This document shows, piece after piece, positions 1 through 7,537 of a DNA stretch of 64,000 nt; the first letter of the stretch is position 1; each line of letters begins with the position of its first letter. The position numbers were made by a program, and so were the translations under genes. The stretch is from Planctomycetota bacterium (GTDB taxonomy: Bacteria > Planctomycetota > UBA1135 > UBA2386): contig JBKAGP010000001.1 in the NCBI GenBank assembly GCA_046290465.1, positions 2,176,001 to 2,240,000 on the forward strand, read 5' to 3'. The notes beneath the pieces were generated by a model. It worked only from the letters and a program-made list of their open reading frames with translations. It did no database searches and was not told the DNA's origin.

Positions 1-125
1 GTGGAAACGTCTCCACAACGACCACCCAGAACGCCCCGGTCAACGCAACGAGCCACGTGCAGCAGCAGGCTGCACGTGGCTCGTCGTCGCGGCTCGCGGA
101 CCGTCGTCCGCAGCACGTCGCGAAG

Positions 126-644
126 CTAGTCGAACAGGTTGTCGAGCTTGTTCTTCGCGTCCGAACCAAACTCCTCGTCGAGGCCTTCGTCGATCGGCTC
201 GCGGTTCAACGCGTCGCGGTAGATGTCGGCGAGCTTCTTGGCGGTCTCACCCGCGTAGAGGCGCACCATGCCGACCGTCGTGCGGTCGTCGAACAGGATC
301 GTCAGCAGCGTGCGGTCCCCCACCAGCGAGAGCTGGATGTTGTCGCGCTCACCCTGGTGGAACATCGCGGTGAACTCCTCTTCGCCGAGCAGCCGCGCCA
401 TCTCCTTGGTCGCCGCGAACGAACCGGCGACCAGCGCCGAGATCGTGTCGATGTCGATCGTGCGCAGCTCGCCGCGCTTGGTCACCAGGTGACCTTCCTT
501 GTCGATCAACAGCGCGCACTTGGCGCCACTGAGTCGCAGGAACTCGGCAAGCAGCTTGTCGATGCGATCGATGTCCTCCTTGTAGAAGGTCAGCCGATCG
601 TGTCGCAGGCGTTGGTTCTGCGACATCGCTTTGGAATCAGACAT
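126..644 (-). CDS. mglB: MglB-type roadblock/LC7 protein (putative GAP of MglA)
   Basis: Roadblock pattern 'ALLIDKEGHLV...ISALVAGSFAATKEMARLLGEEEF..MFHQGERDNI...TTVGMVRLY' resembles Myxococcus MglB; adjacent to mglA. Confidence 0.9.
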   Translation of the reverse strand: MSDSKAMSQNQRLRHDRLTFYKEDIDRIDKLLAEFLRLSGAKCALLIDKEGHLVTKRGELRTIDIDTISALVAGSFAATKEMARLLGEEEFTAMFHQGERDNIQLSLVGDRTLLTILFDDRTTVGMVRLYAGETAKKLADIYRDALNREPIDEGLDEEFGSDAKNKLDNLFD

Positions 645-650
645 GTGCGA

Positions 651-1610
651 TCAGAACTGGGGGTTGCCGAAGACGAAGTAGGCGACACCGGCAGCCGCCA
701 CGAGCAGCGTGACGGTCAGCCCGACGACCAGTCCGACGCCACCCTTCTTCGGCGCGGGGCTGTTCGCAGCGGGCCGCGCCGCGTTGCGGCGGCCGTTGTT
801 GGCCGGGCGCGCGCCCTTCTGGGCGCCGGCCGGCGGAGCCCCCGCCTTGCGCTTGCGCGGCGCGCCCTTCGGGCCACCGGCAGCGGGTCGGGCGGCAGCG
901 CGCTTCTGCGGCGCGCGCGCCTTCGGAGCGGCAGCCGGAGCGGCGGCAGGCGCCGCAGCGGGCGCGGCAGCGACCGGCGCAGCGGCCGGCTCGGCGGCCG
1001 GCGCCGGCTTGCGCGGGCTGCGGCCGTCGATCTTCTCGATGCTCTCCAGCACCATCGCGGCCAGCGTCTTCAGCGTGGGGAACACGCCTTCCCCGGTGTA
1101 GGCGACCGCCTCGAAGGTCGGCACGCCGAACTTGTTCATGATCTTGTCGATCTCGGCGACCGGCAGCGCGTTCGGCAGGTCGCGCTTGTTGTACTGGATG
1201 ACGTGCGGCAGCTCGCGGATGTCCTTGCCGTACTCGGCGAGGTTCTCGATCAGGTTCGCGTAGCTCTCGACGTTCTCGTCCATCTTGTCCGGATCGGAGT
1301 CCGCGACGAAGATGACGCCGTCGACGCCCTGCAGCACCAGCTTGCGGGTCGAGTTGTAGTAGACCTGACCAGGCACCGTGTAGAGCTGGAACTTGGTCCG
1401 CATGCCCGCGACGTTGCCGAGGTCGAGCGGCATGAAGTCGAAGAACAGCGTGCGGTCGCCGTCGGTCGAGATCGACGTCAGCTCCCCCTTGTTCTCTTCA
1501 GGGGCCTTTTGATGCACGATCTCGAGGTTGGTGGTCTTGCCACTCATACCCGGACCGTAGAACACGACCTTGCAGTTGACTTCCTTGAGCGCGAAGTTGA
1601 TCTGGACCAT
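651..1610 (-). CDS. mglA: MglA-family Ras-like GTPase with Ala/Pro-rich linker and C-terminal transmembrane helix
   Basis: MVQINF start; motifs YGPGMSGKTTN, DRTLFFD, TVPGQ, NKRD, EAVA; hydrophobic C-terminus GLVVGLTVTLLVAAAGVAYFVF. Confidence 0.93.
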   Translation of the reverse strand: MVQINFALKEVNCKVVFYGPGMSGKTTNLEIVHQKAPEENKGELTSISTDGDRTLFFDFMPLDLGNVAGMRTKFQLYTVPGQVYYNSTRKLVLQGVDGVIFVADSDPDKMDENVESYANLIENLAEYGKDIRELPHVIQYNKRDLPNALPVAEIDKIMNKFGVPTFEAVAYTGEGVFPTLKTLAAMVLESIEKIDGRSPRKPAPAAEPAAAPVAAAPAAAPAAAPAAAPKARAPQKRAAARPAAGGPKGAPRKRKAGAPPAGAQKGARPANNGRRNAARPAANSPAPKKGGVGLVVGLTVTLLVAAAGVAYFVFGNPQF

Positions 1611-1811
1611 GGTTGGCGCGTCCGCGTGGTGTTGCCTTCGTGTCGACGAACTCGACACTTCTCAGGTGCCTGTTCATCGGACGAACGACGGGCCAGGCTT
1701 GAGTCTGCGGCGCAAATCGTCGCAACCTGAACCGTCGTTCCGGGACACCCCGAAGTCGTCGGCACGGCGGTGCCGGTGCGGCCGTTCGCGCAGGGCGCGA
1801 TGGCAACGCGA

Positions 1812-2171
1812 TCAGGCGAGCCGCGACGCGCGGCGGATGCGGGTGACCGCCTCGTCAACCTCGCGGTCGGCCTGGTCGATCTCCGCGAACTGGTCGAACA
1901 ACACGACCAGGTAGCTGTCGTCGAGCTGGACCAGCACGGCCTTGCCGTGGGTCGCGTTGAGCAGCAGCTTGGTGCAGACGCCGTAGCCGCCCTCGTCGAG
2001 GCTGCGGTTGGTCGTCATCATCAGGTAGGACGACAGGCCCGAGATCACGTCCGGGTCCAACCCGGTCGCCAGCGACGACGCCGCGACCAGACCGTCCCTG
2101 GTCACGACGGCGGCGCCGCGCACGCCGGGGGCGTGCCGCAGCTCGGCGATGGCATCCTGGATCTTGCTCAT
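1812..2171 (-). CDS. Roadblock/LC7 domain protein
   Basis: 119 aa with 'PGVRGAAVVTRDGLV' roadblock signature; GGAG RBS; in mgl operon. Confidence 0.85.
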   Translation of the reverse strand: MSKIQDAIAELRHAPGVRGAAVVTRDGLVAASSLATGLDPDVISGLSSYLMMTTNRSLDEGGYGVCTKLLLNATHGKAVLVQLDDSYLVVLFDQFAEIDQADREVDEAVTRIRRASRLA

Positions 2172-2173
2172 GG

Positions 2174-3271
2174 CTACTCCTCCACCGCGTGCAGTGCGCC
2201 CGCGACGATCTCCTGCAGCTCGGCCAGCACCGCTTCGACGTCGGCGCCGGCGGTGACCTGCGCGGCGGCGAGGGCCTCGCCGTAGACGCAGATGCAGATG
2301 CGACCGTAGTCCCCTTCGATGATGGTCTTGGCGGCGCTACCGATGTCGAGGCGACGGGCGAACCGGTGGGCCGCCTTGGCCGACACGCGCACGATGCGCA
2401 AGAACGGGTCGCGCCCGTCCTTGATCGCGCCCTTGACCATCGCCTTCGAACCGCGGATGAACGTCGCCTTCTGCACCCCTTCGAGCTCGGCGACGCTGGC
2501 GAGGCCAGCGCGCACCGAGGCCACCGACTGGCCGCTGCTGGCGGCCTTCGGCTCGACCTTCAGCGAAGGATGCAGCAGCGAGCCGTGCGACTCGACCTCG
2601 TCGAGCAGCGAGTCGAGGTTGCCGCCCTTGTCGGCAAGGCTCGCGACGTGCGTCAGCAGCTGGTCGAGTTCGGGGTCGTCCGGTTCGAGTTCGTGCAGCG
2701 CCTGCAGGTGCTTCTGGGCCTCGCCGACGGCGCCGACGCGGTAGAGCACCTCGCTCAACAGACGACGCGACTGCGCCTCGTCCGGATCCATGCCGACGGC
2801 ACGCTCGAGACACTGCACGGCCTCCATGCCCTCGCGCGCGGCGAGGTCGCGGTAGAAGCTGGTCAGGCGCGCCTGGCCGAGCACGAGCCAGCAGCCCGCG
2901 TCGTCGGGGAACCGCAGGCTCCACTCCTGGCACAGCTGGTGCAGCGCGTTGTTGTCGCCGAGCTCGACGTGGATCATCGCCAGCTCGCGGAACAGCTTGG
3001 GGTTCGGCGAACGGGTCAGCTTGGCGCGCAGTTCGTTGGCGCGGCGGTTGCGGAGCCCGCGACGAGCGCAGTCCAGCAGCTGCCGCAGCTCGATCGACTT
3101 CGGGAACAGCGCGATGCCGTCCTCGGCCATGTGCTCGGCCTTGTCGTGCAGGTCGAGGTTGATGTAGACCTGGCCGAGGTCGACGAACGTCGACGGCGAC
3201 GGCTGCTCCTTGGCCCGCTGCTCGAGGCGGCGCAGCTCCTTCCAGATCTTCATTCGCTGGATCAGGTGCAT
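2174..3271 (-). CDS. TPR protein with C-terminal roadblock-like domain
   Basis: GGAG RBS then MHLIQRMKIW; TPR-like helical repeats; C-terminal ~110 aa 'VAELEGVQKATFI...RRLDIGSAAKTIIEGDYGRICI' resembles roadblock fold. Confidence 0.7.
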   Translation of the reverse strand: MHLIQRMKIWKELRRLEQRAKEQPSPSTFVDLGQVYINLDLHDKAEHMAEDGIALFPKSIELRQLLDCARRGLRNRRANELRAKLTRSPNPKLFRELAMIHVELGDNNALHQLCQEWSLRFPDDAGCWLVLGQARLTSFYRDLAAREGMEAVQCLERAVGMDPDEAQSRRLLSEVLYRVGAVGEAQKHLQALHELEPDDPELDQLLTHVASLADKGGNLDSLLDEVESHGSLLHPSLKVEPKAASSGQSVASVRAGLASVAELEGVQKATFIRGSKAMVKGAIKDGRDPFLRIVRVSAKAAHRFARRLDIGSAAKTIIEGDYGRICICVYGEALAAAQVTAGADVEAVLAELQEIVAGALHAVEE

Positions 3272-3279
3272 CGCATCTC

Positions 3280-6200
3280 CTAGCGGAACAGGACCACCTG
3301 GCCCTCGGGTGTCGGCATCGCGACGGACATGCCGTCGACGCCGAGCGGGCCCGGGCCGTTGTCGGAAAGGGCGAACTCCCACAGCACGCTGGCGGTCGCC
3401 GCGTCGATCGCGACCAGCGCTTCGTGCACCGGCTTGTCGGTCGAACGCGGTCGGCGCACGCGCGCGAACGCGCGACCGCCCTGGGTGGCGAGGCCCATCA
3501 CCAGGTCGTCCATCGCGACCGCACCGACCTCGTTCCCGCTGGCGCGGTCGAACGAGACGATCCGGCCCTCGGCGACGACCACGACCCGGTCCGAGGTCAT
3601 CGCCAGGTCGCGGTCGCTCGGCGTGCGGCCGATCGACTGCGTCCACAGCACCTTGCCCGCTTCGAAGTCGACCGCCCGGACCGCGCCGTCGGCGCAGCCG
3701 AACACGATCAGCTTGCCGTCGACGTGGATGCGCGTGGTCACGCCCGCCGGACTGCGCAGCACGCCGAGGCTCTTGCCGTCCGACACGTCGAACACCATCA
3801 CCCGGCCGTCCAGCGTGCCGACGTAGGCCTTGCGGCGCACGATGGTCGGCGGCCCCGACGGCGCGTCGCCGAGCGACACGCCCCAGAGGCGGCGCCCGCT
3901 CGACTGCTCCCAGCAGTGCAGCACGTTGCCGTTGTCGATCAGCGCGACGCGGCCGTCGCCGAGCACCAGCGAGGTCTGCGCATCGGCCTCGAGCTTGACC
4001 GGCCAGTTGCCGGCACGCACGCTCGGGTCGACCGGCACGCACTCGATCGTGCCCTCGTTGCTGAGGAAGAAGATCCTGCCGTTGGCGACTGCCGGGGTCG
4101 CGTCGACCGCCTTGAGGCCGGTCAGCTCGCGCACCTGGCGGTTGGTGCCGTCAGTGCGGGCGAAGCCGACGCGGCCGCCGCGCAGGCCGAGCGCGACCCA
4201 GCCGTCGCCGACGCCGACGCCGGTCTGCGCCGGCGTGCCGAACTCGACGACGTGCTCGGGCACGACCGCCATCACCACTTCGACCTCGGCCGACTCACGG
4301 CCGTTGACGACGATCTCCTGCTCCTCGAAACCCTCGAGCTTCGCGGTCAGCCGCACCGGCTGGTCGGCCTGGCAGAGCACCAGACCGGGCGTCAGCACCG
4401 GCTCCTGACGGCCGTCCACGACGCGCATCAATGGCTTGCCGTCGTGCATCAGCTGGGCACCCGGCGGCCGGGTCGTGACCGTGACCGGGACCCGCACGCG
4501 GCGGCCATCGGCGGTCCGTTCGAAGTCGGTCTGCAGCTGCAGCGCGACCTTCCGCGCCTTGCCGAAGTCCCCGGTCGCGACCGCGGCGTCGTAGGCGGCA
4601 CCGAGCTCCTTCGCCTTGGCGAGGAACTCGCTGAGGTTCTTCCAGGTCAGCTGCACCTTCTGCTCGTGCGCCCACTCGACGTCGACGGCACTGCCGGCCT
4701 CCTTGACCAGCTCGCGGACCTGCTCGATCGAAGCCAGCGCCTGCTCGGGGTTGCCGCCGAGGAACTGCTCGCGGTGGCGGTTCCAGGCCGTCTTGTACTT
4801 CTTGCGCAGGCCGTTGAGGTGCGCGTCGCGCGCCGCCTTCTCGGACGCGAGCCGCGCCTCGAACATCTCCTGCGCGGAGGTGATCTTCTGCAGCTCCGCC
4901 TCGGCCTTCGAGATCGAGGTCGTCAGCGGGTGCTGCGCGATGAAGTCGGCGTAGCGCGCCTTGGCGCCGGCGAAGTCCTCGGTCGCGACCAGCTCGGTGA
5001 CGTCGATCGCGGCGAAGTCCTCCTGCGCGCGCTCGTTGTAGAACCAGTAGCCCGAGCCGAGCACCAGCAGCAGGCAGAACATCACCGCCAGCACGCTCAG
5101 CGCGCGGCTGCGCTTGCGCGACCGCTCGTCGAACTCGTAGAGGCGCCGGACCCGCTCCGAGATGTCGGTGCGGCTGCGATCCAGCAGCAGGATCTTCTGC
5201 AGGTAGCTGACCGCTTCGAGCGGCTTGTTGCGACGCACCAGGTCGTCGGCGATCGACTCGTAGAGCTGCACGACCCGCTTCTGGTCGCCGGCGCGCACGT
5301 GCACGTTGACCAGCGCCTTCTTGAGGTCCGGGTCGTTGGGCTCGACCAGCAGCAGTCGCTCGAGCAGCGCGCGCACGCGCTGGATGTCGCCGAACTCGGT
5401 CAGCAGGTCGACCAGCTCCTTGCCCTCGGCCAGCGCGTCGAAGCCGTCCAGGCGCACGCCGTCGGGGCCGACGCACAGCTCGACCAGGCGTTCGCGCGCC
5501 CCGAGGTTGGTCGGCACCAGCTGGCGCACCTCGCTGAGGCAGCGCGCCGCGCCGTCGAAGTCCTGTTGGCCGATGCGATGCTCCGCCTCGGACTCGAGAT
5601 GGTAGATGGCCAGTTCGTACTGCTCGGCGGCCTGGTAGGCGCGCGCGGCCAGCGCGTGGCTGTCGGGAAGGCCGACGCCGACCTCGATGGCGCGCTCGTA
5701 GAGCGCGATCGCGTCCTGCAGGCGGCCCTCGCCCATGCACTCGTCCCCGAGCGCGATCAGGTCCTCCTCGGCGATCGGCGCGACCACGCCGGCGTCGAGG
5801 AACTGGCTGAGCGTCTTGCAGACCAGGAAGTTGGTCAGGCCGGTCAGCTCGCAGACGCGGGCGACGTTGCGGCGACCGTCGAGCAGTTCGAAGATCGCAG
5901 GGCCGTCGGTGCCGTATTCCTCACCCTCGATGTAGTCCGCGGTCGCGACCAGGATCTCCGCCGTGCTCGGGATCCGCTCGGTGATGTAGGCCCACTCGTC
6001 GATGCGACGGGCGGCCTCCATGATGATGCTGTCGCAGTTGAAGAAGAACCGCTCGTCGATCGCCCCGTCGCGGCCTTCCAGTTCGGTGGTGTTCTCGTGG
6101 AACTCGAACTTGGCGTCGCTGTTGAAGAAGAGGTCGTAGATCTCCTCCTCGAGCTCGATGCGGTACTGGTATTCGAGTTCGCTCTGCTCGAGATACCCGC

Positions 6201-6483
6201 CGGCGAGCAGGCTGTCGGCCAGCGACTGCCCCATGCGAACGGCATGATCACGGACTTCGTCGACCGACTCCTCGAGCAGGCGGCCGGAGCGCACGCTGGC
6301 GGCGACGACCTTGTCGAGCAGCCGGTGCACGTTGTGGTGCACGGTGACACCACGCTGATCGAAGTACAGAACCTTCCACAGCTTGGCAGAATGGATGCTC
6401 AGCAGGCCGACCTTCTTGTTGAGGGCCAGCATCTGGAACACCTGGGCCAGATCTACACTGGCAAGATCCCCTCGTAGTGCCAT
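3280..6483 (-). CDS. DUF4388 / TPR / TM / PEGA-like / PQQ-type beta-propeller membrane protein
   Basis: N-terminal 'LRGDLASVDLAQVFQML...KKVGLL' and 'IIMEAARRIDEW' (DUF4388); TPRs; TM LSVLAVMFCLLLVLGSGYWFY; 'TTRPPGA...KLEGFE' (PEGA-like); repeated 'GxxLW' propeller blades. Confidence 0.8.
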   Translation of the reverse strand: MALRGDLASVDLAQVFQMLALNKKVGLLSIHSAKLWKVLYFDQRGVTVHHNVHRLLDKVVAASVRSGRLLEESVDEVRDHAVRMGQSLADSLLAGGYLEQSELEYQYRIELEEEIYDLFFNSDAKFEFHENTTELEGRDGAIDERFFFNCDSIIMEAARRIDEWAYITERIPSTAEILVATADYIEGEEYGTDGPAIFELLDGRRNVARVCELTGLTNFLVCKTLSQFLDAGVVAPIAEEDLIALGDECMGEGRLQDAIALYERAIEVGVGLPDSHALAARAYQAAEQYELAIYHLESEAEHRIGQQDFDGAARCLSEVRQLVPTNLGARERLVELCVGPDGVRLDGFDALAEGKELVDLLTEFGDIQRVRALLERLLLVEPNDPDLKKALVNVHVRAGDQKRVVQLYESIADDLVRRNKPLEAVSYLQKILLLDRSRTDISERVRRLYEFDERSRKRSRALSVLAVMFCLLLVLGSGYWFYNERAQEDFAAIDVTELVATEDFAGAKARYADFIAQHPLTTSISKAEAELQKITSAQEMFEARLASEKAARDAHLNGLRKKYKTAWNRHREQFLGGNPEQALASIEQVRELVKEAGSAVDVEWAHEQKVQLTWKNLSEFLAKAKELGAAYDAAVATGDFGKARKVALQLQTDFERTADGRRVRVPVTVTTRPPGAQLMHDGKPLMRVVDGRQEPVLTPGLVLCQADQPVRLTAKLEGFEEQEIVVNGRESAEVEVVMAVVPEHVVEFGTPAQTGVGVGDGWVALGLRGGRVGFARTDGTNRQVRELTGLKAVDATPAVANGRIFFLSNEGTIECVPVDPSVRAGNWPVKLEADAQTSLVLGDGRVALIDNGNVLHCWEQSSGRRLWGVSLGDAPSGPPTIVRRKAYVGTLDGRVMVFDVSDGKSLGVLRSPAGVTTRIHVDGKLIVFGCADGAVRAVDFEAGKVLWTQSIGRTPSDRDLAMTSDRVVVVAEGRIVSFDRASGNEVGAVAMDDLVMGLATQGGRAFARVRRPRSTDKPVHEALVAIDAATASVLWEFALSDNGPGPLGVDGMSVAMPTPEGQVVLFR

Positions 6484-6601
6484 GGGCGGTGCGTCGGTGC
6501 GAGTAGCGGTCAGTCCCGGCTTCCCCTATCGACCAGCGCGCTTACGACCCTGAGCCAGGGTCGGACCGGCTCGGGATTTCTTCGGAGCCAGACGCGACGG
6601 C

Positions 6602-6630
6602 TTGCCGTCCGGTCGTGCCTGACATAGTCT
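6602..6630 (+). promoter_or_regulatory. Putative sigma70-type promoter (TTGCCG-N17-TAGTCT)
   Basis: -35/-10-like hexamers with 17-nt spacing, 9 nt before ATG 6640. Confidence 0.5.
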
Positions 6631-6639
6631 CTTCGCCCA

Positions 6640-7476
6640 ATGCCCTCCCTGAGCCGAGTGTTCGCCATCGCCCGCGCCAGCGCGCATTCCGCGCTCGGCT
6701 GGGTCGCGTACCGATTCGGCTGGCTGGGACCCGCGAGGCGGCAGTACGAACGCGTGCTGCTGCTGCGAGGCGCCGACTTCCAGGCCTACGTCCACCTCGG
6801 ACGGATCGCGTTCGACCAGGGCGACTACGCCGGCTGGCGGCGCGAGTTCGAACACGCGCGGCGCACCGACCCGATCCGCTTCGCCCGCCTGCGCCACCCG
6901 CTGGAGTTGTTCGAGCCCCGTCTGGCCGGCACCCAGTTCGACCCGCACGGCCTGGTCGACCCGACCGCGCCCGACGACGGCGACGGCTTTCAGGCCACCG
7001 ACGCCCGGGCGACCTGGCGCAGCCTGCACCCGTTCGGGCAGCGGCCGCGCGACGCCAGTGCCGGTGAGGGCTTCGGCCGCGGCATCGACCTGCCGCTGGC
7101 GCCGGGCTACGACCCGATGATGCCGGGCCAGCAGCTCGACGACCGCGACCCTGCCCATCCCCTGGGGGACGATCCGATCGGGGACGACCTCTCGAGGGAC
7201 GATCCCAATCGCAGCGACCGGGATCGTGCTGGCCGCAAGCATTCGGGTCCGGAGCGACACGACGACGTTCCCGCCGACGACCTGCAGGAGAGCGCGGATC
7301 CGTTCGCGCAGGAGCGACAGCATCCGCTGCCGCCGCCGCCGCCGGACGCGTCGCTGACCCGCGACGACTTCTCGTCGCCGTCGGAGCGACGCCGCTTCCA
7401 GCTGCGCCGACCGATCGACCGCCAGGAGATCGCGCGTTGCGACCTCAACGATCTGGCGCGCCGGCTGTCGGGCTGA
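6640..7476 (+). CDS. Hypothetical protein: N-terminal TPR-like pair, acidic disordered middle, short C-terminal motif
   Basis: 'ARRQYERVL...FQAYVHLGRIAFDQGDYAG' TPR-like; GC3-biased codons. Confidence 0.65.
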   Translation: MPSLSRVFAIARASAHSALGWVAYRFGWLGPARRQYERVLLLRGADFQAYVHLGRIAFDQGDYAGWRREFEHARRTDPIRFARLRHPLELFEPRLAGTQFDPHGLVDPTAPDDGDGFQATDARATWRSLHPFGQRPRDASAGEGFGRGIDLPLAPGYDPMMPGQQLDDRDPAHPLGDDPIGDDLSRDDPNRSDRDRAGRKHSGPERHDDVPADDLQESADPFAQERQHPLPPPPPDASLTRDDFSSPSERRRFQLRRPIDRQEIARCDLNDLARRLSG

Positions 7477-7537
7477 GTCGGGTCGACGCGCCCCAGGCTT
7501 GTAGTCCCACCCGCTCCGCGGGAGAGTTGCGCCGCGC

